64,000 nucleotides of DNA from Malacoraja senta (lineage: Eukaryota), in assembly GCA_038087875.1 (NCBI GenBank), contig CM075989.1:22322001-22386000 (forward strand). Direction: 5' to 3'. The notes under the pieces were generated by a model. That model did not search any database. It was not told the DNA's origin and was given only the letters and a program-made list of their open reading frames with translations. Positions 63,586 through 64,000 of this stretch are shown piece by piece. Position numbers and translations under genes: made by a program. How positions within the stretch are numbered: the first letter of the stretch is position 1; each line of letters opens with the position of its first letter.

Positions 63586-64000
63586 GTTTTTTGTTTTTTT
63601 TTAAATATTTTTATTTTATTAGAAGTAAGTACAATTGTATACAATCATATTTTCATAATACATTTTATGTACAGCTTCTTATTTTTTTATTATAATAAAG
63701 AAGAAAAGAAAAAGAAATTAGATGGTATAGAAAAATGTGAGATATATAGTGTGTGGAGAAGAAAAATAGAGAGTGAAAAAGGAAAGTTAAAGAGTAGAAA
63801 ATAGGAAAAAGAGAATAAAAGAAAATAAAGGAAGAAAAAGAAATAAGAAGTAAGGAGATCTTATTTATAATCTTGACCATCCCTCGCCCAGTCACGAGTT
63901 AGCTTTTACAATTGTGTTGCACCATATGATTCCAAAAAGACGACAAATGGAGACCAACTCATTGTGAATTGGTCAAATTTATCTATTAGGAGGAATTGCA
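63586..64000 (-). mobile_element. L1-clade LINE 3' end, running off the window
   Basis: T-rich tail; minus strand QFLLIDKFDQFTMSWSPFVVFL is homologous to RFLLAGKPDHFQKIWSPFINLL at ~8155-8225. Confidence 0.8.

Overview
Repeat-rich vertebrate DNA from a cartilaginous fish, probably a skate or ray. This is inferred from abundant HE1-type V-SINEs, HER1/CR1 LINE tails and SacSINE1-like DeuSINE relics, which I recognised from memory rather than by database search. No host protein-coding gene could be supported. The largest feature is a 5'-truncated, mutated DIRS1-type tyrosine-recombinase retrotransposon (~940-5808: gag, RT/RNaseH/methylase-like, YR, and a 79-bp ICR/terminal inverted repeat). The rest is a mosaic of about 30 HE1 SINE copies; fragments of CR1, L1, Tx1, L2, Rex/Babar, Vingi and Penelope; PIF/Harbinger-type MITEs; a 66-bp satellite; a 200-N gap; and a ~6 kb transposon-free, regulatory-looking block (43.9-50.2 kb). 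The most striking observation is a ~143-bp non-autonomous retroelement (35017-35159). Its first 54 nt fold into a minimal, P4-less HDV-like ribozyme whose predicted cleavage site abuts the target-site duplication, and its 3' tail matches a Vingi-like LINE in the same window. The Penelope-derived repeats also carry hammerhead-ribozyme-like cores. Repeat boundaries were read by eye and are approximate unless TSD/TIR coordinates are given.
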